This document shows, in pieces, positions 8,537-17,545 of a stretch of DNA of 32,000 bases; the first letter of the stretch is position 1; each line of letters begins with the position of its first letter. The DNA lies in assembly GCA_964625085.1 (NCBI GenBank), contig CAZVAJ010000004.1, forward strand, positions 28,614-60,613, in the 5' to 3' direction. Below the pieces are notes generated by a model. That model was not told the DNA's origin, ran no database searches, and saw only the letters and a list, made by a program, of their open reading frames with translations. The position numbers and the translations under genes are program-made. Origin of the DNA: Candidatus Micrarchaeota archaeon. Its GTDB lineage: Archaea > B1Sed10-29 > JAJSAI01.

Positions 8537-9109
8537 ATGATGATGGTGTACTCTCCTGCTGAGGACTCGTGGCTGCTTGCAGAAAATATTCCTGAGCCAT
8601 TTGGATCAAAAGAATTCCTTGACATAGGATGCGGGACAGGAATCATAGGAATCAATGCTGCTAGGAAAGGATGGCATGTCACGTGCACAGACATTGATCC
8701 CCTCGCGGTAAAAACCGCGCGAAGGAACTTTGAGAAAGAAGACCTTTCTGGAGAATTTTTGGTAGGAGATCTTTTTGAGCCTGTTAAAGGAAGAAAATTT
8801 GACGTGATAGCATTCAACACACCCTACCTTCCAACAGGGCAAGAAGACCAGGATGCTGAAAACAGAATAGTGTGGGACGGTGGAAAAGAGGGAATAAACC
8901 ATGCAGTATCAACGATTAAACAAGCAGGCGGGTTCTTGTCAGAGGAGGGAGAAATCATCATACTTGTCTCAAGCCTGGGTAACATTAAGAAACTGTTCAG
9001 GATAGCCCGCGAGCAAGGATACAATGTTAGCATTATAGCGTGCAAGAAACTTTTCTTTGAAGAACTTCTTGTACTATCTTTCAAAAAATCGTCAGCAGAA
9101 AACGCGTGA
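8537..9109 (+). CDS. HemK/Mtq2-like N5-glutamine (release factor) methyltransferase
   Basis: YSPAEDSWLL, the SAM motif I LDIGCGTGIIG, and the catalytic tetrapeptide position reading NTPY (the canonical form is NPPY). About 190 aa, as in archaeal Mtq2. Confidence 0.75.
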   Translation: MMMVYSPAEDSWLLAENIPEPFGSKEFLDIGCGTGIIGINAARKGWHVTCTDIDPLAVKTARRNFEKEDLSGEFLVGDLFEPVKGRKFDVIAFNTPYLPTGQEDQDAENRIVWDGGKEGINHAVSTIKQAGGFLSEEGEIIILVSSLGNIKKLFRIAREQGYNVSIIACKKLFFEELLVLSFKKSSAENA

Positions 9110-9146
9110 GAAACTGTTATATAATCGTTCCAACAGAAAAGGTCTG

Positions 9147-11213
9147 ATGACTGAAGCGCCTGTTTCCAAGGAAGCTGTTTTCGAAGATTTCTTTAACACA
9201 CCCAAGTACAAGAAAGCACTTAATGAGCTGGCGCTAAAGTACCCTAAAAAAATGAGTCTGGAAGTCGACTACAAAGACCTTGATGAGTTCAGCATAGAAC
9301 TTGCAGACGAACTTCTCGAAAGACCTCATGAAGTAATAAAAGCAGCTGAAAAAGCAGTAGAAAACATGGGGATCCTGTCGGTACAAGGAGAACTTCTAAA
9401 ACCAAACGTAAGATTTCATTCTCTTCCTGAATCCAACCAGGTGCTGATAAGGGACCTGAACTCAAGCTGGATAAACAAAATGCTCAGTCTTGAAGGGGTA
9501 ATAACCAAGATAACCACAGTGAAACCGAAAATAAGAACTGCTGTTTTCCAATGCAACAGCTGCGAAAGAGTCTACAGAATCGAGCAGGATGAACAAAATG
9601 ACGTGCTTTCACAACCTTTCCAGTGCGCGTGCGGAAAAAAATCGTTTACACTGCTCGTGGAAGACTCAGACTTTGTTGACGTGCAGAGAGCAGAAATACA
9701 AGAGCCTCTAGAGTACATGAGAGGCGGAGAACAGGCCAAGAGCATAACAGTAAGACTATCATCTGACCTGACCAACAAGTTTGTTGCAGGAGACAGAATA
9801 GAAATTTCAGGAACCCTAAAACTCGACACAGGAAAGAAAAAAAGTTCGATATACAACATCTTTATCGACGCTAATCACATAAAAAAACTAGAACAAGAAT
9901 TTGAAGAAATAGAGCTCAGTGAAGAAGACGAAAACTGGATAAAAGAAACAAGCAAGGATCCAAAAATATACGAAAAGATCGTTGCATCAATAGCCCCGAG
10001 TATTTACGGGCACAAGGAAATTAAAGAAGCAATAGCCCTACAACTGTTCAGCGGAACACACGGAAAGATAAAACCAGACAAAATGAAGATAAGATCTGAC
10101 ATGCACATACTGCTCATAGGAGATCCTGGAACTGCCAAAACACAACTTCTAAGATACGTTAAAGACCTTGCGCCAAAAGGGATTTATGTTTCGGGAAAAT
10201 CATCATCTGGAGCAGGCCTGACCGCAACAGCTGAAAAAGACGATTTTGCGGAAGGAGGATGGACTCTGAAGGCAGGAGCACTCGTGCTGGCTGCAGGCGG
10301 CATCGCGCTGATTGATGAGTTTGACAAGATGGGAGACGAAGACAGGAGCAGCATGCACGAAGCCATGGAAAGCCAAACGATCTCTGTCGCAAAAGCAGGG
10401 ATAGTCACCACGTTCAGGGCGAACGCGAGCATACTCGCAGCAGCAAACCCCAAATACGGCAGGTATGATCCGTACGATCCTCCTGCAGAACAGTTCAACA
10501 TTCCTCCAACCATCCTCTCAAGGTTTGACTTAATCTTCCCAATTCGGGACGTGCTTAATCCTCAAAGGGACGGAGAAATGGCTGACCATATCCTGCTCAC
10601 GCACAAGCTTGCTGCAGAACACGCTAAAAACCTGACAGAAGAAGAGAAACAGAGCGTTCTCCCCGTAATAGACCCTGAAAAAATGAGAAAGTACATAGCG
10701 TACGCTAGAAAAAACTGCAATCCCATCCTATCAGAAGAAGCTATAGAAAAAATCAAAAGGTTTTACATTGACATGAGAAAACTGGGAGAAGCTCAAAAGT
10801 CTGTGCCCATAACCGCCAGGTACCTAGAAGCCATAGTCAGGCTTGCTGAAGCAAGCGCCAAAGTCAGACTCAGTGACACAGTAGAGATACAGGACGCTGA
10901 AAGAGCCATAAGACTACTGCAGTTCTCGCTAAGAGAAATTGGAGTAGATCCTGAAACAGGCCAGTTTGACATTGATATCATTGCAACAGGCACTCCAAAA
11001 TCAAAAGCAGACAAGATAAAGACAGTGCGCAGGATCATAAAGGAGATCTCCGCAGAAAAAGGAGAAGCATCGCATGCAGAAGTGCTGGAAGAAGCAAAGG
11101 CAAAGGGAATCAACCCTGAAGACCTGGAAGAACTGCTTAACACTCTTAAAAGAGAAGGAGATATATATTCTCCAAAGCATGGTCTGTACAAGCCAGCTGA
11201 AAAAAGAGAGTGA
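9147..11213 (+). CDS. mcm: MCM replicative helicase
   Basis: Zn motif CNSC...CACG, Walker A GDPGTAKTQ, Walker B LIDEFDKM, sensor 1 AAANP, arginine finger SRFDL, and a C-terminal winged-helix-like tail. ATG 9147 lies after the upstream stop. Confidence 0.97.
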   Translation: MTEAPVSKEAVFEDFFNTPKYKKALNELALKYPKKMSLEVDYKDLDEFSIELADELLERPHEVIKAAEKAVENMGILSVQGELLKPNVRFHSLPESNQVLIRDLNSSWINKMLSLEGVITKITTVKPKIRTAVFQCNSCERVYRIEQDEQNDVLSQPFQCACGKKSFTLLVEDSDFVDVQRAEIQEPLEYMRGGEQAKSITVRLSSDLTNKFVAGDRIEISGTLKLDTGKKKSSIYNIFIDANHIKKLEQEFEEIELSEEDENWIKETSKDPKIYEKIVASIAPSIYGHKEIKEAIALQLFSGTHGKIKPDKMKIRSDMHILLIGDPGTAKTQLLRYVKDLAPKGIYVSGKSSSGAGLTATAEKDDFAEGGWTLKAGALVLAAGGIALIDEFDKMGDEDRSSMHEAMESQTISVAKAGIVTTFRANASILAAANPKYGRYDPYDPPAEQFNIPPTILSRFDLIFPIRDVLNPQRDGEMADHILLTHKLAAEHAKNLTEEEKQSVLPVIDPEKMRKYIAYARKNCNPILSEEAIEKIKRFYIDMRKLGEAQKSVPITARYLEAIVRLAEASAKVRLSDTVEIQDAERAIRLLQFSLREIGVDPETGQFDIDIIATGTPKSKADKIKTVRRIIKEISAEKGEASHAEVLEEAKAKGINPEDLEELLNTLKREGDIYSPKHGLYKPAEKRE

Positions 11214-11220
11214 GTAAATA

Positions 11221-12081
11221 ATGCAGGGCCTGAAAGCAGTACTGTTCGCGCTGATTCTGTTCATGCTAGTTCAAGGGATCGGGCTCGCCACAGCAGATAA
11301 GTTCAACAGGCTTGTGAGCGCAGGAGAAATAGAACCCGCGTTCGAAAACCCTGATAACCCGTATAACTCTGTTTTTCTAATAGCTTACCTGCTTGTTGTC
11401 ACGGGCATAATCCTGCTAATAATACGATTCAAAAAAAAGCTTTTGCTGGCCGTGGAAGCGCTTGCAGTATTCCTCGCGTCTGACATCGTTTTCGAACTGC
11501 TTATTCCAATAGCAATTTTCGGAGTGCCTATAGGGATCGTGCTTGCGCTCTTGCTAACATTCTGGAAGATGAAATACCCAAGCATACTAAGCCAGAACAC
11601 CGCGCTCGTATTCTCAGTATCCGGAGCAGGAGCTATAGTGGGAGCATCCTTGGGCGTGCTGCCTGTTCTGCTCTTGATGCTGGGCCTTGCGGTATACGAT
11701 TTCTTGTCAGTGTTCCTGACAAAGCATATGGTGTACATGGCCAAAGCCATAACAGAAAGGCCTACTGCGTTCACTGCATCAATCCCCTACAAATTCAAGA
11801 AACCAGTGAAAGTAAGATCTCTTAAAACAGGAAAAACAGAAAAAAAGAGAGCACATGTGTTCCAGCTTGGGGGCGGAGACTTTGCAATCCCCCTTATTTT
11901 CACCAGCAGCGTGCTCACCCATCTCTCTGCAGTGCAAGCAGCAATAACTGCTTCAGGAGCAGTGCTCGCGCTGATCCTGTTATTCCTGTATGTTTCAAGA
12001 AAACCAGGACAGCCCCTTCCAGCCCTGCCTCCTCTGTGCGCAGGAGCAAGTATCGCGTTCGCGCTTTCATTTCTCGCATGA
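11221..12081 (+). CDS. Presenilin/signal-peptide-peptidase homologue (A22 GxGD intramembrane aspartyl protease)
   Basis: Polytopic protein with a YD motif (LAVYDFLSV), a GxGD motif (LGGGDFAIP) and a PAL motif (PLPALPP), in the canonical order. Confidence 0.85.
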   Translation: MQGLKAVLFALILFMLVQGIGLATADKFNRLVSAGEIEPAFENPDNPYNSVFLIAYLLVVTGIILLIIRFKKKLLLAVEALAVFLASDIVFELLIPIAIFGVPIGIVLALLLTFWKMKYPSILSQNTALVFSVSGAGAIVGASLGVLPVLLLMLGLAVYDFLSVFLTKHMVYMAKAITERPTAFTASIPYKFKKPVKVRSLKTGKTEKKRAHVFQLGGGDFAIPLIFTSSVLTHLSAVQAAITASGAVLALILLFLYVSRKPGQPLPALPPLCAGASIAFALSFLA

Positions 12082-12116
12082 GAAGGTATTAAAATAACTA
12101 CCTCGTAACATACCTG

Positions 12117-12416
12117 ATGATCAGCTGGATAAAACCAGAACAGATGAGCACCCTGCGAGAAGGAGAAAGGTTCCTGACCGCCGGAAAAGTAACGTCAGTA
12201 AAAAGATCAGATGGAAGGACACTGCTAAGCCTTGGAACGCAAAAAGCCATAGCATTCAAAGAACTGGACGTAAAAGAAAATGACACAATACGGATGCTGG
12301 GAAAAAAAGGACGGGAACTTCCAGTAGTAGAAGCAGTGAAAAAAGTTCCAGAAGAATACCTAAAACTCTGGGAAAACAAGCCCCAGCTAGTAGAAGACCT
12401 TGGAGAGGTAGAATAA
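12117..12416 (+). CDS. Hypothetical small protein, possibly an OB-fold nucleic-acid-binding protein
   Basis: 99 aa with a beta-rich pattern (FLTAGKVTSVKRSDGRTLLSLG) and an acidic tail. A TATA-like ATTAAAAT lies about 25 nt upstream. The function is not established. Confidence 0.45.
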   Translation: MISWIKPEQMSTLREGERFLTAGKVTSVKRSDGRTLLSLGTQKAIAFKELDVKENDTIRMLGKKGRELPVVEAVKKVPEEYLKLWENKPQLVEDLGEVE

Positions 12417-12418
12417 GA

Positions 12419-12826
12419 ATGGAAGACTACGAAAAACTGTTAGAATCAGCATACAATGCCCTGCCTAAAGATAAAGGCAGTGGAAAAAGATTTGAAATCC
12501 CAAAGTTCAAAGGGTTCGTGGAAGGAAAAACAACAGTGATAACCAACTTCAAAGAAGTGTCAGAAAGCCTAAGAAGAGACGCTGCTCACATAATAAAATT
12601 CCTAACCAAAGAACTCGCCACGCCAATCAACTACGATGGCAAAAGAGCAATACTACAAGGAAAGTTTAGGCTAGACCAGCTTAACTCAAGACTGGAAGCA
12701 TACGCAAAAGAGTACGTCCTCTGCAACGAGTGCGGCAAACCAGACACGAGCATAATCACCTTTGAGGGAGTGAAGTACAAAAGATGCGAAGCATGCGGAG
12801 CAAAAGCACCCGTGAAACAACTTTAG
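12419..12826 (+). CDS. eif2b: Translation initiation factor aIF-2 beta subunit
   Basis: 135 aa with a C-terminal zinc ribbon CNECGKPDT...CEACGA and a conserved central region (ITNF, HIIKFL..ELAT). Confidence 0.95.
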   Translation: MEDYEKLLESAYNALPKDKGSGKRFEIPKFKGFVEGKTTVITNFKEVSESLRRDAAHIIKFLTKELATPINYDGKRAILQGKFRLDQLNSRLEAYAKEYVLCNECGKPDTSIITFEGVKYKRCEACGAKAPVKQL

Positions 12827-13104
12827 GATTCTACCTGAAGTTTCACGGAGACACTCTCGCGTTATGCGATCAAGAACTCCTGGGAGAAGTAATAGAAGAG
12901 AAAGGGCTGGTTTTAAATATTTCAAGACAATTCTATGAAGATAGAGTAGTGGAAGAACAAGAAGCCGTGCAGATGATAAAAAAAAGCAGAAACGGAGTAG
13001 TTACCGGAAACAGGGCTGTCAAGCTGGCGCTTGGCAACAACCTACTAAAAGAGTATAACACCGTGAATAACACGATGTATGCTGTTTACACGAGGATTGA
13101 TTAA
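12784..13104 (+). CDS. DUF424-family archaeal protein
   Basis: FYLKFHGDTLALCDQELLGEVIEEKGLVLNISRQFYEDRVVEEQEAVQMI matches the DUF424 pattern. The only in-frame starts are ATG 12784 and 12793, both of which overlap the aIF-2beta 3' end. Confidence 0.75.
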   Translation: MRSMRSKSTRETTLGFYLKFHGDTLALCDQELLGEVIEEKGLVLNISRQFYEDRVVEEQEAVQMIKKSRNGVVTGNRAVKLALGNNLLKEYNTVNNTMYAVYTRID

Positions 13105-13440
13105 ATGTACAAAAAAAGACCACAAAGATACAAAAGCAAGAGAAAAAGCCAAACAGGCGGCCAAGAAGTAGTTAGAGTAAAGCTTCCAAAAGAGAACCAG
13201 GTGTTTGGAAGGATAGAAAGCCTTCTCGGCGGCAAGCGCATGAGAGTAAAGTGCAGCGACGCAAAAATCAGGATCTGCCGCGTTCCAGGAAGAGTAAGGC
13301 TGCCAAGGCTCAGGGAAGATGACTATGTTCTAGTAGAACCCTGGGAAGTTGGAGGAGAAACCAGGGGAGACGTGATACTAAAGTATTCTCCAACAGAAGT
13401 CAACTGGCTCATGAAAAAAGGGTACCTTGAAGAACTGTAA
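13105..13440 (+). CDS. eif1a: Translation initiation factor aIF-1A
   Basis: S1/OB core: VFGRIESLLGGKRMRVKCSDAKIRICRVPGRVR...DDYVLVEPWE...GDVILKY. Confidence 0.95.
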   Translation: MYKKRPQRYKSKRKSQTGGQEVVRVKLPKENQVFGRIESLLGGKRMRVKCSDAKIRICRVPGRVRLPRLREDDYVLVEPWEVGGETRGDVILKYSPTEVNWLMKKGYLEEL

Positions 13441-13446
13441 AAAAAG

Positions 13447-13632
13447 TCAAAACGGAAGATAACCGAACGCAGCAAGGAACCCAACAACCCCTGCTAGTAC
13501 TATGACCCGCCAGTCCCTAGTAACCATCCTCGCTATCATCATGAACAACAACACAATCCCCAAGTTAAAGAACATTTTAAGCTCAGGATAGTGAGGAATG
13601 ACAGTCTCAAGCAACATGTCAGTCAAAGACAT
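13447..13632 (-). CDS. Hypothetical small membrane protein (about 61 aa, 2 TM)
   Basis: I shortened the track ORF 13447..13770 to start at the internal Met (MSLTDMLLETV...). The longer form collides with an SD-led plus-strand gene. The evidence for this gene is weak. Confidence 0.3.
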   Translation of the reverse strand: MSLTDMLLETVIPHYPELKMFFNLGIVLLFMMIARMVTRDWRVIVLAGVVGFLAAFGYLPF

Positions 13633-13694
13633 GAGTATAATAATCCAAAAACTCTTTAAAAACAAAACGATTATACTATCAAGGAGGAAGAAAC

Positions 13695-13907
13695 ATGAGC
13701 CACCCAAGAAGACACAGAGCAATCTGGAGGACAGGAGACAGCCCAATATACAAAAAAGGAGAGACCACACAGCCAGAGCTCGCGAAGCAGAAAAAGGGAG
13801 CGAAGAAAATTAAAAAAGAAGAGGTCTGGAGCAGGTTCAGCTTCAGAGAACTCCTGGAACGGGCAAAAAGAGCCATAAGACTCAAAAAAACGATATACGA
13901 GGAGTAG
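13695..13907 (+). CDS. Hypothetical basic 70-aa protein
   Basis: A strong SD (AAGGAGG at 13680-13686) lies 8 nt before the ATG. The stop is 3 nt before the next gene's ATG. The protein is Lys/Arg-rich with no family recognised. Confidence 0.5.
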   Translation: MSHPRRHRAIWRTGDSPIYKKGETTQPELAKQKKGAKKIKKEEVWSRFSFRELLERAKRAIRLKKTIYEE

Positions 13908-13910
13908 GCC

Positions 13911-14894
13911 ATGCTTGATAATATTCCAATAGACCTCGGAAGAGACAGAAGCTACTCATGCAGCATGAGGGCTCTTGCAGCATTTCACGGGAAGAACTAT
14001 CCAAGATGGTACTCTTCCACAATAGCTGCTTTTCACACAAACTTCTACTACTACGAGTGGGAAAAAGGATTCAGCTACTTTTTCTCAACTCCTGCAGAAG
14101 CAACAGAGGGAACAGTCAACGGCCTGAACAGCCTCGGCTTTGAAACAAAACACATTTATGGCCTTGACTGGCTCGAAAGCTGGGAAGTCCTAAAAACCGC
14201 AGTAGAAAAAAGAGCCCCTGTCATGATAGGCCCATTAAACGCTGCTGAGCTAGGATGCTCTGAACAACCATTTGACCACTACTGCGTAATCTCAGGGATC
14301 ACTGGAAAAGAAGTAGTACTCAAAGACCCTGCCGGCACAAACAACCTAAAGCTAGACACGGAAACATTCAGGAAAGCATGGGAAGGAAAAATCCCATACG
14401 ATAAAAAGAAACACAAGTACAGCATGATAATATCAAAAAGAAGAACACAGCCAAAATCTGGAGAAAAAGAAACATGCATGCAAGCGCTGAAGAAAGTAAG
14501 AGAAAGATATTACTCTCAGCAGGAAATACAGACAGAAGAAGGAATTTTATTATCCGGGCGCAGGGCCATTGAGGCCCTAGCAGAAAAGGTCTCAAGCAAG
14601 AAAAAGGCAGCACAAAACCTTCTGCCGTCTGTTTCCTGGAACGAAAACGCAGGGAATGTAACCCGGTTCGAGACAGCTTTGTTCGCAGCATACGCGAGAA
14701 AATTCTGGGACACAGAAAAAATGAAAGAGCTTAACCAAGAGCTTAACATACTCTCAGAAGCATGGCTTGAAGCAGAAACTGCGCTTAAACAAGCAAGCGG
14801 CAGAAAAGCAGGACAAAATGCCGCAGACCTTCTGCTAGAAGTAGCAGACAAAGAAGACAAGGTCAAAGAAAAGCTGCTTAAACTAACCTTTTAA
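13911..14894 (+). CDS. Papain-fold (BtrH_N / peptidase C39-like) Cys-His protein with helical C-terminal domain
   Basis: The N-terminal SYSCSMRALAAFHG holds the candidate nucleophile Cys, followed by an aromatic-rich segment. FDHYCVISG holds the candidate His. The C-terminal roughly 150 aa are predicted helical. Confidence 0.55.
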   Translation: MLDNIPIDLGRDRSYSCSMRALAAFHGKNYPRWYSSTIAAFHTNFYYYEWEKGFSYFFSTPAEATEGTVNGLNSLGFETKHIYGLDWLESWEVLKTAVEKRAPVMIGPLNAAELGCSEQPFDHYCVISGITGKEVVLKDPAGTNNLKLDTETFRKAWEGKIPYDKKKHKYSMIISKRRTQPKSGEKETCMQALKKVRERYYSQQEIQTEEGILLSGRRAIEALAEKVSSKKKAAQNLLPSVSWNENAGNVTRFETALFAAYARKFWDTEKMKELNQELNILSEAWLEAETALKQASGRKAGQNAADLLLEVADKEDKVKEKLLKLTF

Positions 14895-14907
14895 AACCAG
14901 ATTCAGA

Positions 14908-16233
14908 TCATAGTACACTAAAATAATTTTTTATTTCGTAATCTGTCACAGCCCTGTTAAAGTTGTTACACTCAATTTTTTTGTTTTCTATAAACTTCTG
15001 GTAAACGTGCTCGGGCAGTGTCTTTTTTACCAGCTCACTCTTCTCAAAAAATTCCAACGCCTTTTCTAAGGAAGGGGAAAGCTCTTCTATGCCCAGTTCC
15101 TTTCTTTCTGACTCAGATAAATGAAAAACGTCAACTTCAACTGGTTTTGGAGGTTCTAATTCTTCTTTGATTCCTTGTATGCCTGCAGCGTGAATCAGGC
15201 TTATTGCAAGATAAGGATTGCAAGCAGGATCCAGGTTCCTTATCTCGATTCTGGTTGCAGATTCTTTTCCTTTCTGGTATTCTGGAACCCTTATGTACGC
15301 TGACCTGTTCCTTGTTCCCCAAACAAGATATGTTGGAGCTTCATAACCAGGATAAAGCCTCTTATATGAGTTTACCCACTGGTTCAAAGCAGCCTGGATC
15401 TCTTTTCCATATTTTATTAATCCAGCGATATACGATCTTGCAATATCACTTAGCCCTTGCTTTTCTTTATCAAAAAACAGGTTCTTGCCATCTTTCCACA
15501 ATGAAAGATGCACGTGCATGCCATTCCCGTTTATTCCCGCGATCGGTTTAGGCATAAAAGAAGCATAAATCCCATACCTTTTTGCAATCTTTTTTACAAC
15601 ATACTTTGTTAAAATTATCCTGTCAGCCATTTTTAGTGCATCAGAATACGTTAGATCTATCTCGTGCTGACTTTGAGCAACTTCATGATGATCAAATTCT
15701 GTTTTTATTCCCATCTCGCTAAGGGCAAGTTGCGCTTCTTTCCTCACTTCTCCGTACAACCCTGACCTGAAGTATCCTCCTCCATCCGTGTGAACAGGGC
15801 TTTTTTCATTATCAAAAATAAAGAATTCTATTTCAGCACCACACTTTAATGTGCCGATATCCTCATATTTTTCTATTATATTTTTCAGTAAATTTCTTGT
15901 GTCCCCCTCATACTCTTTTCCATTTGAGTCAATTATGCGTCCAAAGATTACCGCCTCTTTCCAGGACCTTTCAATGCCCTTGTACTCCCAAGGCAAAATT
16001 GTCAGAGTATCAGTATCAGGAATAAATTTCAAGTCACTTTCTTCAGTTCTTGCGAAGCCTTCTACAGAAGAGCCGTCAAACCCCTTTCCATCTCTGACCA
16101 TCTGTTCAAACTCGCTTATAGGAGCTGTGAAGTCAAGCATTCTGCCAAGAATATCAACAAAAAAGGGCCTGATAAACTTTACATTTCCCTCTTCGAATTT
16201 TTTCAGCACGTTCATATAACCCGTTTTAAACAT
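14908..16233 (-). CDS. glnA: Glutamine synthetase type I
   Basis: 441 aa. N-terminal beta-grasp FVDILGR...FDGSS, EIEFF, NGNGMHVHLSLW, and the RVP/ATRIEIR region. Confidence 0.96.
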   Translation of the reverse strand: MFKTGYMNVLKKFEEGNVKFIRPFFVDILGRMLDFTAPISEFEQMVRDGKGFDGSSVEGFARTEESDLKFIPDTDTLTILPWEYKGIERSWKEAVIFGRIIDSNGKEYEGDTRNLLKNIIEKYEDIGTLKCGAEIEFFIFDNEKSPVHTDGGGYFRSGLYGEVRKEAQLALSEMGIKTEFDHHEVAQSQHEIDLTYSDALKMADRIILTKYVVKKIAKRYGIYASFMPKPIAGINGNGMHVHLSLWKDGKNLFFDKEKQGLSDIARSYIAGLIKYGKEIQAALNQWVNSYKRLYPGYEAPTYLVWGTRNRSAYIRVPEYQKGKESATRIEIRNLDPACNPYLAISLIHAAGIQGIKEELEPPKPVEVDVFHLSESERKELGIEELSPSLEKALEFFEKSELVKKTLPEHVYQKFIENKKIECNNFNRAVTDYEIKNYFSVL

Positions 16234-16379
16234 TTAAAAGTTTTCTTTTTATCCTCGCTGCCTGCAATTGAATACAACAAGTGTCCACTGACCAGATAAA
16301 ACAAAATCCCTGGTTTTTATTCACCGTTTACAAAACCGTAGAACCTAAAACTTTTATACCCCTCCTCCTTTTTATCATC

Positions 16380-17243
16380 ATGAGTCTCAGGAGCGTCAGA
16401 AAAACCGCTGAAAACATAAAAAAGCTCGAGATCCAAGGCGCTAAAAACATAGCCTTGGCAGCAGTCAGATCCCTAAAAAAGGTAAAAGAAAAAGAGTATG
16501 ATCAGGCTGTTTCTCTGCTCAAGGCAAGCAGGCCTACTGAGCCCATGATGCGGAACATTCTGGACTACATAACACACAAAAAGGATGAAGGCTACTCTTT
16601 AAAAGAAGCCATTTCTTTTGCTGAAAAGCTGGCTGAAGACTCTGGAAAAGAGGTAGTAGAAGTTGGAAAAGAAAAGATATTCAACAACTACAAGATCCTG
16701 ACCCACTGCCACTCTAGCACTGTGATGAACATACTGAAAAAAGCCTGGGCAGAAGGCAAGCGGTTTGAAGTGTACGCGTGCGAAGCCAGGCCAAGATACC
16801 AGGGAAGGATAACCGCAAAAGAACTGGCCAAAACAGGAATTCCGGTAACTTTGATAGTAGATTCTGCTGCAAGGTACTACATGAACTATTTTGACATAGT
16901 GCTTGTCGGAGGAGACGCGTTCACGGCCGAAGGATATCTAATAAACAAAGTGGGTACAGGGACTATTGCTCTTGCAGCACATGAAGCAAAAACAGACTTT
17001 GCCGTAGCAATAGAACTCTTAAAGTATGATCCGGCAACAGGTTCAGGAAAACCTGAACCAATAGAAGAAAGAAATCCTAAAGAGGTCTGGGAAAAGCCTC
17101 CTAAAAACGTAAAGATAAAAAACCCTGCCTTTGATGTTACACCCCCAGAGTACATAGACCTCGTAATAACAAACAAAGGAATCACTAACCCGTACAGCAT
17201 ACAACAAATGGCTAAAGAGCACTATCCGTGGCTGGTGAAATAA
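16380..17243 (+). CDS. Ribose-1,5-bisphosphate isomerase (eIF-2B alpha/beta/delta-like family)
   Basis: ILTHCHSSTV (catalytic Cys region), RPRYQGRITAKELAKTGIPVTLIVDSAA, and VGGDAFTAEGYLINKVGT. The gene is colinear with my recollection of the Thermococcus R15P isomerase and lies beside AMP phosphorylase. ATG 16380 lies 22 nt after a TTTTATA box. Confidence 0.82.
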   Translation: MSLRSVRKTAENIKKLEIQGAKNIALAAVRSLKKVKEKEYDQAVSLLKASRPTEPMMRNILDYITHKKDEGYSLKEAISFAEKLAEDSGKEVVEVGKEKIFNNYKILTHCHSSTVMNILKKAWAEGKRFEVYACEARPRYQGRITAKELAKTGIPVTLIVDSAARYYMNYFDIVLVGGDAFTAEGYLINKVGTGTIALAAHEAKTDFAVAIELLKYDPATGSGKPEPIEERNPKEVWEKPPKNVKIKNPAFDVTPPEYIDLVITNKGITNPYSIQQMAKEHYPWLVK

Positions 17244-17244
17244 A

Positions 17245-17532
17245 ATGGAAACAGAGATAATAGAGACCAAAAACGGGGCCGCGCTCGGCATAAAAATAAA
17301 GCTGAGAACAACACCCTTACTATTAATAAAAGCTGAAAAAGGGTACTTGGCTTGCGGGTACTTTAATCCCAACACCATAGAACTCATAGGAGACAGGGCA
17401 GTAATAATCCCAAAGGTATCCTCATTTTCAGAAATGCTGAACAAAAAGCCTGTGTTTGTAAGCAAGGAAGCAAGAAAATTAGGGGCCAGGCTAAACATGA
17501 CCGGGAGGGAGATTCTTGAAATATTCACATGA
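17245..17532 (+). CDS. DUF1805 (YunC-like) protein
   Basis: 95 aa. The pattern PLLLIKAEKGYLACGYFNPNTIELIGDRAVIIPKVSSFSEML...VSKEARKLG is typical of DUF1805. It starts 2 nt after the isomerase stop. Confidence 0.7.
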   Translation: METEIIETKNGAALGIKIKLRTTPLLLIKAEKGYLACGYFNPNTIELIGDRAVIIPKVSSFSEMLNKKPVFVSKEARKLGARLNMTGREILEIFT

Positions 17533-17545
17533 AGACAGCCTGAAA

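Noticed and set aside
9057-9146. Upstream extension of the MCM ORF (MKNFLYYLSKNRQQ...).
   Set aside because: It overlaps the 3' end of the Mtq2-like gene. ATG 9147 gives a normal MCM N-terminus and a 37-nt spacer.
13633-13770. The longer version of the minus-strand membrane ORF 13447..13770.
   Set aside because: It collides with the plus-strand ORF at 13695, which has a near-perfect SD and is coupled to the next gene. I kept only the shorter form, at low confidence.
16281-16379. GTG-initiated extension of the isomerase ORF.
   Set aside because: The extension covers the TTTTATA promoter-like box and adds a hydrophobic segment that is not part of this enzyme family. The conserved N-terminus begins at ATG 16380.
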